Program-made: the position numbers and the translations under genes
Virus record (IMG/VR): IMGVR_UViG_3300022178_002236
Span: 1 to 54,067 of that record
Strand: one strand, 5' to 3'
Length of the DNA stretch: 54,067 nt
Source: a virus
Lineage: Duplodnaviria; Caudoviricetes
Notes under the pieces: generated by a model
The model's input: only the letters and a program-made list of their open reading frames with translations
Told to the model about the DNA's origin: nothing
Databases searched by the model: none
Shown: one piece after another, positions 8,748 through 16,722 of the stretch
Layout of the letters: the number at the start of each line of letters is the position of its first letter
How positions within the stretch are numbered: the stretch's first letter is position 1

Positions 8748-9656
8748 ATGGCTATTTCAAGAGCACAAATGCTTAAAGAACTCCTGCCGGGGCTTAACGC
8801 TCTTTTCGGTCTGGAGTACGCAAAATACGAGGACGAGCATACTGAAGTCTATGACACCGAGTCTTCGGATCGTAGCTTCGAGGAAGAGGTCGCACTTTCC
8901 GGCTTCGACGCTGCCCCTGTTAAAAACGAGGGTGCTTCGATCTCGTATGATGTCGCACAGGAGTCGTTTACGGCTAGGTATAACCATGAAACCATTGCGA
9001 TGGGCTTTTCGATCACGGAAGAAGCCATTGAGGATAACCTCTATGACTCACTTTCTGCTCGTTATACCAAAGCTCTCGCACGGGCAATGGCTTACACCAA
9101 GCAGGTAAAGGCTGCCGCGCCTTTGAATGACGGATTCAACACCTACCAGTCTGGTGATGGAGTTACGTTGTTCAGCACTGCTCACCCGCTTGTGAGTGGA
9201 GGCACCAACTCTAACCGTCCAGCAACAGCTTCTGACCTTAACGAGACCTCCCTTGAGGCTTCTGTTATTCAGATTGCTAAGTGGACAGACCAACGTGGTC
9301 TGCTTATTGCGGCTCGTCCGCGTAAGCTGGTTGTGCCGCCTGACCTCATGTTCGTTGCTACTCGCATTCTGGAAACAGATCAGCGGGTTGGTACTGCGGA
9401 CAATGATGTCAACGCGATCCGCAACAACGGAACGATCCCTGAGGGTTATTCTGTTAACCACTATCTCACGGACACCAATGCTTGGTTCCTCTGCACTGAT
9501 GTGCCGAACGGAATGAAGCACTTTGAACGTGCTCCGATGACGACTGGTATGGACGGAGACTTCCAGACGGGTAACGTGCGCTACAAAGCGCGTGAGCGTT
9601 ATTCTTTCGGTGTTTCCGATCCCTTGGGTATCTTCGGTTCTCCCGGAGCATCCTAA
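8748..9656 (+). CDS. Major capsid protein (HK97 fold, Mu gpT-like)
   Basis: MAISRAQMLKELLPGLNALFG, DGVTLFSTAHP, PRKLVVPPDL, RYKARERYSFG; followed by a strong terminator. Confidence 0.92.
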   Translation: MAISRAQMLKELLPGLNALFGLEYAKYEDEHTEVYDTESSDRSFEEEVALSGFDAAPVKNEGASISYDVAQESFTARYNHETIAMGFSITEEAIEDNLYDSLSARYTKALARAMAYTKQVKAAAPLNDGFNTYQSGDGVTLFSTAHPLVSGGTNSNRPATASDLNETSLEASVIQIAKWTDQRGLLIAARPRKLVVPPDLMFVATRILETDQRVGTADNDVNAIRNNGTIPEGYSVNHYLTDTNAWFLCTDVPNGMKHFERAPMTTGMDGDFQTGNVRYKARERYSFGVSDPLGIFGSPGAS

Positions 9657-9660
9657 TCGT

Positions 9661-9695
9661 GGGGGGGAGAGAATGATCTCTCCCCCCTTTATTTT
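9661..9695 (+). terminator. Rho-independent terminator
   Basis: GGGGGGAGAGA-ATGA-TCTCTCCCCCC then TTTATTTT. Confidence 0.85.
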
Positions 9696-9738
9696 GTCCA
9701 TGATGGCGCTTCGGCGTTGGTTCTAAGGAGGAACTGTT

Positions 9739-10449
9739 ATGGCGACTACTCATTTTACAAACGGCGTTTCCAACCAGACGGTTGGCAATCCCCTCTACGA
9801 CTATCCGTATCTCGATCCCTTTAAGTTTTATTCGTATGTGAATGACTTCTTCACGTATCATGCTGATGAGTGGACTATTACAACCACTGAAGCTGGTACC
9901 GGAAGTGCGACTGAAGCTCTCACTTCACAAGCCGGTGGTGCTCTTCTTATCACAAACGCGGCTGGCGATAACGATCTCGATTTCTTTAATTTGAAAGGCG
10001 AGGCGTTTAAGTTCGTTTCCACGAAGCGCATGTTCTTTAAGGCGAAGTTCAAAGTGAATGACGCTACCCAGTCTGACGTTGTTATGGGTCTCACGATCAC
10101 TGACACCACGCCGCTTGATACGACTGACGGAATCTTCTTTCAAAAAGATGATGGCGATGCCAACATCGATTTCCACATTGAGAAGAACAACTCCGCCACT
10201 TCAAACACTGCGATTGGCACTCTTGTTGATGACACGTTCATTACCGTTGCATTTGCTTACGAACCAAGTGGCAATTCAGGCTCTGGCTCGTTCAGTATCT
10301 TTATGGACGATGCGAAAGTTGGAGAACAAACCACTCTTACGAATGTCCCTGACGATGAAGAATTGACCATCGCATTCGGCATTCAGAATGGTGCAGCCGC
10401 AGCAAAAACCATGACCCTTGACTTCATTATTTGTGCAGTCGAACGGTAA
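9739..10449 (+). CDS. Putative virion beta-sandwich protein
   Basis: TAAGGAGG RBS; Thr/Asp-rich beta-strand pattern; post-capsid position. Confidence 0.65.
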   Translation: MATTHFTNGVSNQTVGNPLYDYPYLDPFKFYSYVNDFFTYHADEWTITTTEAGTGSATEALTSQAGGALLITNAAGDNDLDFFNLKGEAFKFVSTKRMFFKAKFKVNDATQSDVVMGLTITDTTPLDTTDGIFFQKDDGDANIDFHIEKNNSATSNTAIGTLVDDTFITVAFAYEPSGNSGSGSFSIFMDDAKVGEQTTLTNVPDDEELTIAFGIQNGAAAAKTMTLDFIICAVER

Positions 10450-10459
10450 TTTAAGGACT

Positions 10460-10479
10460 GGGAGGGGTTCGCCCCTCCC
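10460..10479 (+). terminator. UUCG-loop hairpin (weak terminator or mRNA stabiliser)
   Basis: GGGAGGGG-TTCG-CCCCTCCC; poor U-tract. Confidence 0.5.
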
Positions 10480-10497
10480 CACCTTTGGGAGATTGAT

Positions 10498-10902
10498 ATG
10501 GCGGATGCAGTAAATGTAACCACCATAGAGGACGGAGAGCGTCAACTTGTTGTTCAGTTAACAAACCTTTCTGACTCTACTGGTGAGAGCAAAGTAACAA
10601 AGATTGATGTGTCAGCGTTAAATTCAAGCGCAACTGGAGCGGCTTGTAACGAGGTACGCATTCAAGAGATATGGGCGCAAGTCCACGGCTTTGACGGAGT
10701 TCAGCTTTGGTACGACGCCGATACGGATGTCGTTGCCTTTAACGCTGGGGTTGGTTGGAATTATCAAGATTTCAGCAATATAGGCGGCCTGAAGATGTAC
10801 GGGACAAATGCTACCGGAGACATTCTCCTTTCTACATTAGGGACGGAAGCATCTGGGGACGCATATGAAATCGTCATCCGGGCAGTTAAGTATTACGCTT
10901 AG
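10498..10902 (+). CDS. Hypothetical virion protein
   Basis: GGGAG RBS; DSTGES.V.KIDVSAL and DFSNIGGL motifs. Confidence 0.7.
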   Translation: MADAVNVTTIEDGERQLVVQLTNLSDSTGESKVTKIDVSALNSSATGAACNEVRIQEIWAQVHGFDGVQLWYDADTDVVAFNAGVGWNYQDFSNIGGLKMYGTNATGDILLSTLGTEASGDAYEIVIRAVKYYA

Positions 10903-10913
10903 GGGTAGGGGCT

Positions 10914-11219
10914 ATGGCTTCTAAACCAAAGAAACGGCGCAGTACTGGAATGAAGGGCATGACCATCAAGGGTGGTCATAAGCGGCCCACGAAGTCTGGT
11001 GCCGGGATGACCAAGAAGGGCGTTGCTAAATATCGTCGGCAGAACCCCGGCAGCAAGCTAAAGACTGCTGTCACAGGAAAGGTCAAACCGGGCAGCAAAG
11101 CCGCGAAGAGACGCAAATCTTTTTGCGCTCGTTCCGCTGGGCAAATGAAGAAGTTTCCTAAAGCAGCCAAAAACCCTAATAGTCGTTTGCGTCAAGCCCG
11201 CAAGCGCTGGAAGTGTTGA
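10914..11219 (+). CDS. Basic protein (DUF6321-like)
   Basis: NPGSKLK, RRKSFCARS, NPNSRLRQARKRWKC. Confidence 0.75.
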   Translation: MASKPKKRRSTGMKGMTIKGGHKRPTKSGAGMTKKGVAKYRRQNPGSKLKTAVTGKVKPGSKAAKRRKSFCARSAGQMKKFPKAAKNPNSRLRQARKRWKC

Positions 11220-11225
11220 TTAGAC

Positions 11226-11432
11226 ATGGCAGTTAAAAAAACCCGAGCAAAAAAGAAGACGAAAAGCCGCGTTAACGAGGCTGGTAACTACACGAAGCCA
11301 GCTATGCGAAAGCGTCTTTTTAATTCTATCAAAGCCGGTGGCAAGGGCGGCAAGCCGGGTCAGTGGTCTGCCCGCAAAGCTCAAATGTTGGCGCAACGCT
11401 ATAAGAAAGCTGGTGGTGGGTACCGAGACTGA
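11226..11432 (+). CDS. Basic protein (DUF5872-like, N-terminal part)
   Basis: NYTKP, GGKPGQWSARKAQMLA, YKKAGGGY. Confidence 0.75.
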   Translation: MAVKKTRAKKKTKSRVNEAGNYTKPAMRKRLFNSIKAGGKGGKPGQWSARKAQMLAQRYKKAGGGYRD

Positions 11433-11683
11433 TGGCTAAGAAAAAGTCTCAGAAGAGCCTTAGTAGTTGGACTAAACAGAAGTGGAGGACAAAGTCTGGT
11501 AAGCCTTCCACTCAAGGCTCTAAGGCTACCGGAGAAAGATATTTACCGACTTCAGCGATAAAATCTTTAAGTCCTGAAGAGTACAGAAGGACTTCAGCAG
11601 CAAAGCGTCGAGGCATGAAAAAGGGCAAGCAGTACGTGAAGCAGCCTAAAAAGATTGCTAAGAAAACTAGAAAGCACAGATAG
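11432..11683 (+). CDS. Basic protein (DUF5872-like, C-terminal part)
   Basis: QKSLSSWTKQKWRT, GERYLP, GKQYVKQP; TGATG coupling. Confidence 0.75.
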   Translation: MAKKKSQKSLSSWTKQKWRTKSGKPSTQGSKATGERYLPTSAIKSLSPEEYRRTSAAKRRGMKKGKQYVKQPKKIAKKTRKHR

Positions 11684-11685
11684 TC

Positions 11686-11868
11686 ATGCCTGTTTCTCGT
11701 TCTCAGATGCGAAGCCAAATGAAAGGTAACAGGAAGATGCCGTTCTCTAAGTACACGCCAAAGCAAAAGAAACTCGCTAAGGTTGCTCCTCCGAGGAATA
11801 AAATTACCGGCGCTGATCTTAAAAAACTTAGCAAGCGCAAAAAGGCAACAAAGAAAAAAAAGAAATGA
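11686..11868 (+). CDS. Small Lys-rich protein
   Basis: KQKKLAKVAPPRNKITGADL; tightly packed in the operon; internal ATG 11737 is an alternative start. Confidence 0.6.
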   Translation: MPVSRSQMRSQMKGNRKMPFSKYTPKQKKLAKVAPPRNKITGADLKKLSKRKKATKKKKK

Positions 11869-12407
11869 ACACAAGGCATCAGCCCGTCTTTGAAGACTTG
11901 AGAAGTTGGTCTCGTGAAGTTCTTGATCTTCCAAACCCTCACCTGTCTGGGTTAAAGGCTTGCCCTTACGCTGAGAGCGCTTGGAAAGGTAAACGAGTCG
12001 ATGTCTGGGTTGGTGAAGGTCCTGTTGATCTAAAAGCCGCTATAAGAGATTTTGATCCAAAATCTTTTGACATGGCTATTTGGGTTAATTTTAACCTGAG
12101 CAGGGTCGATCTTTGGGATAGATGGGTTCAGATATGGAATAAAGAGAACTTTTCCACTGACATCTATCTTATGTTATTTCACCCAGATTTTCCGCCGTCA
12201 GAGGAGAGCGAGGCTTTTTTAACGGACAATGATTGGGAGTCTGATTTAGACGAAGATTACATGATGGTCTTCATCCAGCCCTTGAGCACATTAAACAAAG
12301 CAAGTCTAGCGCTTGAGGAGATTGGGTATTATAATCATTTTGCAGATCATCTTTATGAAACTCTGGTCTTAGATAGAAGGAGATTAAGTTATGGCAATGG
12401 GTCGTAA
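11865..12407 (+). CDS. DUF1415-like protein
   Basis: CPYA and LFHPDF motifs. Confidence 0.55.
   Translation: MNTRHQPVFEDLRSWSREVLDLPNPHLSGLKACPYAESAWKGKRVDVWVGEGPVDLKAAIRDFDPKSFDMAIWVNFNLSRVDLWDRWVQIWNKENFSTDIYLMLFHPDFPPSEESEAFLTDNDWESDLDEDYMMVFIQPLSTLNKASLALEEIGYYNHFADHLYETLVLDRRRLSYGNGS
12082..12097. repeat. Dispersed palindrome copy 2 (GGGTTA-ATTT-TAACCT)
   Basis: Inside CDS (WVNFNL). Confidence 0.8.
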
Positions 12408-12531
12408 AAACGGAAACGGTAAAAAGAAAATGATGATGCGCGGTGGCACCAAGAAAAAAATGATGATGCGCGGTGGCACTAAAAAGAAAATGATGATGCG
12501 CGGCGGCAGCAAGACAAGGAAGAAGAAGTAA
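12391..12531 (+). CDS. 46-aa basic repeat protein MAMGRKNGNG(KKKMMMRGG[TS])x3 KTRKKK; not in ORF track
   Basis: Hand translation; AAGGAG RBS at 12377; synonymous differences between repeat units. Confidence 0.8.
   Translation: MAMGRKNGNGKKKMMMRGGTKKKMMMRGGTKKKMMMRGGSKTRKKK
12421..12510 (+). repeat. 30-nt tandem repeat x3
   Basis: aaaaagaaaatgatgatgcgcggtggcacc and two variants. Confidence 0.95.
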
Positions 12532-12535
12532 CTAA

Positions 12536-13225
12536 ATGGCGACTAGCGGGACATCAGATTTTACTCTGGATATCATTGATATCTGCGAGGAGGCTTATGA
12601 ACGGGCCGGTCTTGAGATGCGTGGAGGATACGATCTCAAGACGGCTCGTCGTAGTCTTGATCTTATGTCTTTGGAGTGGATAAACCGTGGACTCAATCTG
12701 TGGACCATTGAGGAGGGGACCCAAGCCCTCACCGCTGGAACATCCACTTATCCGTTTCCCGCTGGCACCATTGATTTCCTTGAGCATCACATTCGGACAA
12801 ATGCGGGCGATACAAACACACAGGCAGATACAAGCCTTGTTAGGGTAAGCCCCTCCACCTTTCAGAACATCCCGAATAAGCTCACTCAGGGCAAGCCTCT
12901 ACAAATTTACATACAGAGAACGACATCTCCTCAATACACTCTATGGCCCGTTCCTGATGATACAGAAACGTACACGGTTGTGTTCCTGAGAGTTAAAAGA
13001 ATTCAAGATACGGGTACTGCTGGAGCGAATACCTATGATGCCCCGGATCGTTGGTTGCCAGCTTTGACATCTGGATTGGCGTATCACGTAGCAATGAAAA
13101 GACCAGAGTCATTTGATCGTGTGGGGCTGTTGAAACAGGTCTATGAAGAGCAGTTTTCCTTGTGCGCGGCTGAGGATAGGGTGAAAGCCGGTGTGCAGTT
13201 AATACCGGGAGGATATTCTTACTAA
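12536..13225 (+). CDS. Head-tail adaptor / tail tubular A-like protein
   Basis: EEAYERAG, TARRSL, EWINRGLNLWT, LWPVPD, GLAY. Confidence 0.7.
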   Translation: MATSGTSDFTLDIIDICEEAYERAGLEMRGGYDLKTARRSLDLMSLEWINRGLNLWTIEEGTQALTAGTSTYPFPAGTIDFLEHHIRTNAGDTNTQADTSLVRVSPSTFQNIPNKLTQGKPLQIYIQRTTSPQYTLWPVPDDTETYTVVFLRVKRIQDTGTAGANTYDAPDRWLPALTSGLAYHVAMKRPESFDRVGLLKQVYEEQFSLCAAEDRVKAGVQLIPGGYSY

Positions 13226-13584
13226 TGTCTTCTTTTGCAGCAGGAAAATATGCCCTCGGGATTTGTGACAGGAGCGGCTTCACGTACAAGCTGAAAGACC
13301 TTGTTTTTGAGGTCCAAGACGGAAAGCGGACTGGGCTTAGGGTAGGTAAGGACATGCTTGACCCTGACCATCCCCAAAACTTTCTTGGCAGATATCCTGT
13401 CGATGACCCTCAAGCATTGCTTGGGGCGAGGCCCGACAATAGAACTGACTCCTCTTCTAATGCCTCGGCTAACTGGAACCCGGTAGGAGACAGGAATAGC
13501 TTGGAACCTCTTTACGGCTTTTCAACACAAACAAGCCTACAGGCTTCGGGGCAAGTTGGAAGCGTTACAGTTTCGGTGTCTTAG
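13225..13584 (+). CDS. Hypothetical tail-module protein (degenerate Zn-ribbon-like)
   Basis: GICDRSGF, PDHPQ, DPQAL..ARPD; C-terminal GQVGSVTVS. Confidence 0.7.
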   Translation: MSSFAAGKYALGICDRSGFTYKLKDLVFEVQDGKRTGLRVGKDMLDPDHPQNFLGRYPVDDPQALLGARPDNRTDSSSNASANWNPVGDRNSLEPLYGFSTQTSLQASGQVGSVTVSVS

Positions 13585-13592
13585 GGGTCGTT

Positions 13593-14225
13593 ATGAATTA
13601 CTCAGAATTAAAAACAGCGCTGCAAGATTACACGCAAACGTCAGAAACTTCCTTCGTTACCAATATAGACACGTTTATTGGTCAAGCCGAAACACGCATC
13701 TTCTTTGATATTGACCTGCCAAATTTTAGAAAGGCAGCGACAGGGACGACCAGTGACGGCTCGACATACTTGTCCAAGCCCAGTGATCTTTTTTCTGTCC
13801 TGTCATTAGCTCGTATCTCATCCGGTAACGAATATACATATTTGCTGCCCAAAGATGTTTCTTTTATCAGAGAGGCTTACCCGGATACTGACGTAAAAGG
13901 CGCTCCAGAGCATTACGCTCATTTTGATGATTCGTTTTTTATTTTGGGTCCAGTGCCGGACTCTGCCTACACGATACAGATCAATTACAAATCTCGTCCC
14001 ACACAATTGTCTTCTACAAACACAACAACTTGGTTGAGTACGAATGCTGAGGCCGCTCTCTTGTATGCCTGTCTTGTTGAGGCTTACACATACTTGAAAG
14101 GGGAGCAGGACATCATGACGTTCTATGATACTCGCTACAAAGAGGCCTTGTCCTCCCTTGCAAGGTATTCGCTGCAAGATGTTAATTCTGATAATTATCG
14201 GAATGGTGTTAGGAGGTCCGCATGA
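13593..14225 (+). CDS. Second adaptor-like virion protein
   Basis: MNYSELKTALQDY, FIGQAETRI, GPVPD, ALLYACLVEA. Confidence 0.7.
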   Translation: MNYSELKTALQDYTQTSETSFVTNIDTFIGQAETRIFFDIDLPNFRKAATGTTSDGSTYLSKPSDLFSVLSLARISSGNEYTYLLPKDVSFIREAYPDTDVKGAPEHYAHFDDSFFILGPVPDSAYTIQINYKSRPTQLSSTNTTTWLSTNAEAALLYACLVEAYTYLKGEQDIMTFYDTRYKEALSSLARYSLQDVNSDNYRNGVRRSA

Positions 14226-14515
14226 TATCTGAGGCCCTTTCCACTGGCGATGTTCCCTCTGTTTTTGTAGAGACAAGTAGCAATGGAGGTCTTTCTTCTG
14301 AGCAGCTTGCAAGGCTTTGCAGCCGTAAGCTCATATATGTCAGTGACAATGCTCCGCCAGAAATAAGAGAACAGGCTAGAGCGTATAAGTTAAGTGTCGA
14401 AAGTCTTGTTTTGGGTTATATTAAAGAAGCTATGCGCTCTGAGAGGGATCGTTGTGTACAGATCGCTTTAACGGGCGGGTATAACGATCTCGCTGATTTA
14501 TTAAGGAGGGCATGA
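14222..14515 (+). CDS. Hypothetical protein
   Basis: AGGAGG RBS; ATGA overlap. Confidence 0.7.
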   Translation: MISEALSTGDVPSVFVETSSNGGLSSEQLARLCSRKLIYVSDNAPPEIREQARAYKLSVESLVLGYIKEAMRSERDRCVQIALTGGYNDLADLLRRA

Positions 14516-14949
14516 TGGCCTTTAGCGGTAATTTTATGTGTACGTCTTTCAAGAAAGAGCTTTTGGAAGGCGTTCATAATTTCAAAAACAGTGGCGGTAA
14601 CACGTTCAATCTGGCTTTGTATACGAACTCTGCGTCTTTCAACGCTGCAACAACTGCTTACACAAGCTCAAATGAAGTCTCAGGTACAGGATATTCAGCG
14701 AAGGGTGGCTCTTTAACGAGAGTGGACCCGACCACAAGTTCGACTACGGCCTTTACGGATTTTGCAGACTTAACATTTGGTTCGTCAAGCATTACCGCCC
14801 GTGGTGCCTTGATCTTTAACGACACAGCTTCAGGTGATCCTTCTGTTGTAGTTTTGGATTTTGGTTCGGACAAGTCTAGTTCTTCGGGGGATTTCACAAT
14901 TCAGTTTCCTACGGCGAACTCCTCCAGCGCGATTATTAGAATCGCTTAG
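14515..14949 (+). CDS. Tail-fibre-associated structural protein
   Basis: CTSFKKELL, LALYT, GTGY.A.G, VLDFGSDK, FTIQFP; TAAGGAGG RBS. Confidence 0.7.
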   Translation: MAFSGNFMCTSFKKELLEGVHNFKNSGGNTFNLALYTNSASFNAATTAYTSSNEVSGTGYSAKGGSLTRVDPTTSSTTAFTDFADLTFGSSSITARGALIFNDTASGDPSVVVLDFGSDKSSSSGDFTIQFPTANSSSAIIRIA

Positions 14950-14961
14950 AGGAATCTAGAC

Positions 14962-15378
14962 ATGGCTGCTGTTACAGGTTGGGGCCGCAGCACATGGGGC
15001 AGCGGTTCTTGGAACGAAGCCTTACCAGTTGAGGCAACAGGGGTTGCCGGAACTGGGGCGGTTGGCTCGGTAACAGTTGCGACTGGTGTCGGTGTTTCTG
15101 TAACAGGTCTTGCAGGAACCGGCAGCGTTGGCTCGGTTACTGTGGCCGAAGGCTCTGGGGTTACTGTTTCTGTAACAGGTTCCGAAGGCCAGAGCGCTAT
15201 TGGTTCGGTCACTGTCGCTGAAGGTAGCGGCTCAACGATTGAGGTCACAGGACTTTCTGCCACGGGTGCGGTGGGGGATGTAAATGTTTGGGATGCAATA
15301 GTACCTACTCAAAACGCGGGAAGTTACCCGGCTATAAGTCCCTCTCAGAACGCACAATGGGTAGACGTAGCGGCCTAG
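14962..15378 (+). CDS. Gly/Val/Thr repeat structural protein
   Basis: GWGRSTWG N-terminus; repeated G.VGSVTVA units. Confidence 0.7.
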   Translation: MAAVTGWGRSTWGSGSWNEALPVEATGVAGTGAVGSVTVATGVGVSVTGLAGTGSVGSVTVAEGSGVTVSVTGSEGQSAIGSVTVAEGSGSTIEVTGLSATGAVGDVNVWDAIVPTQNAGSYPAISPSQNAQWVDVAA

Positions 15379-15462
15379 AAACAAAATTGTTTCTGTAAAT
15401 ACTTATTAGGCTGCTGTATTATTAGAAAAGCTCGTTTTTTGCGGGCATTGGAGATATGAGCC

Positions 15463-16722
15463 ATGACAACAGCTTACACAAATGACCTTCGTCTTTCAGA
15501 GATGGCGACCGGCGAGAATGCTGGTACTTGGGGGTCCACGACGAATACTAATCTTGAGCTTATAGCCGAGGCTTTTGGCTACGGCACTGAGAATATGGCC
15601 TCAAATGCAAACACGACGATTACTATGGCAGATGGCGTGGCTGATGCCGTTAGGTCTATCTACCTGAAGATCACATCCACGACCCTAGACGCTACGCGCA
15701 CCGTCACACTTGCTCCCAATACGATTTCAAAAATATGGATTATTGAGAACGCAACGACTGGAGGCCAGTCGATTACGATCAAGCAAGGTAGCGGCGCTGA
15801 GATAACTATTCCCAATGGGGCGAATAAGATTGTCGTAACAGATGGCGCTGGCTCCGGGGCTGCCGTCTTCGATGCTTTAGCAGACATTGATATCGATAGC
15901 GGTACCATTGATGGAGTGGTCATTGGAGGTTCTACTCCCGCTGCTGGTAATTTTACTGCAATAGACGCGACCGGTGATATTACTGGGGCCACGTTTACGC
16001 CGGATGGTGACACTTCTGCCGGGGACGCCGCCGCTGTAGGTTACACCGCTGCGGAAGGTTTGATCCTTACCGGGCAGGGAAGCACCAACGACGTTACCAT
16101 TAAGAATGACGCGGACGCTGATGTAATCGAAATCCCTACGGGAACACAAAACGTTACAATGGCCGGTGGGTTGGATGTTGTTGGTGTAGCTACAGCCGCT
16201 ACTTTTGAACCGGATGGAGATACCGCTGCCGGAGACAACGCCGCGATTGGTTACACTGCTGCCGAAGGGCTTATCCTTACAGGCCAAGGCTCGACCAACG
16301 ATGTCACAATCAAGAACGATGCTGATGCGGATGTCATTGAGATTCCGACAGGCACCACCAATGTGACGGTTGCTGGGCAGCTTAACGGTGGCACGATTAT
16401 TCTTGCAGAGACTGACACTGATACGTCAAACACAGGCAGTGTGACGATTGACTTCTCTGCTCACCAAAACTTTGTGCTGACCCTCACGGGTAACGTGACT
16501 TTGGCTAACCCATCCACGGAATCGGTAGGTCAATCTGGTGTGTTCGTGTTCATCCAAGACGGAACGGGTTCGCGAACTCTTAGCCTTGGAACGGACTACG
16601 AAAGCCCTGCTGGAGGCGGCATTACACTTAGCACCGCAGCAAGTGCGGTTGATGTAGTCCCATACTTCGTCAAGGCGTCAGGTAGTATCCAGCTAGGCGC
16701 ACCGCAGTTGGCGTTCAGCTAA
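15463..16722 (+). CDS. Tail fibre protein
   Basis: ATGENAGTWG..TNTNL N-terminus; internal duplication; C-terminal LTGNVTLANP/QDGTGSRTL. Confidence 0.8.
   Translation: MTTAYTNDLRLSEMATGENAGTWGSTTNTNLELIAEAFGYGTENMASNANTTITMADGVADAVRSIYLKITSTTLDATRTVTLAPNTISKIWIIENATTGGQSITIKQGSGAEITIPNGANKIVVTDGAGSGAAVFDALADIDIDSGTIDGVVIGGSTPAAGNFTAIDATGDITGATFTPDGDTSAGDAAAVGYTAAEGLILTGQGSTNDVTIKNDADADVIEIPTGTQNVTMAGGLDVVGVATAATFEPDGDTAAGDNAAIGYTAAEGLILTGQGSTNDVTIKNDADADVIEIPTGTTNVTVAGQLNGGTIILAETDTDTSNTGSVTIDFSAHQNFVLTLTGNVTLANPSTESVGQSGVFVFIQDGTGSRTLSLGTDYESPAGGGITLSTAASAVDVVPYFVKASGSIQLGAPQLAFS
15988..16356 (+). repeat. Internal ~53-aa duplication, 210-nt offset
   Basis: ATF.PDGDT.AGD.AA.GYTAAEGLILTGQGSTNDVTIKNDADADVIEIPTGT at 15988-16146 and 16198-16356. 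Confidence 0.9.

Noticed and set aside
8329-9108. 259-aa alternative-frame ORF across the capsid genes
   Set aside because: Ser/Leu/Arg-rich shadow of strongly biased codons; no SD; spans two real genes. It also shows that off-frames can stay open by chance here, so the nested-ORF calls rest on SD and position
12421-12510. 30-nt repeats as a CRISPR array
   Set aside because: No spacers; in-frame coding repeat
15988-16356. Duplication as a diversity-generating retroelement TR/VR pair
   Set aside because: Differences are mostly synonymous and not adenine-specific; no reverse transcriptase in the window
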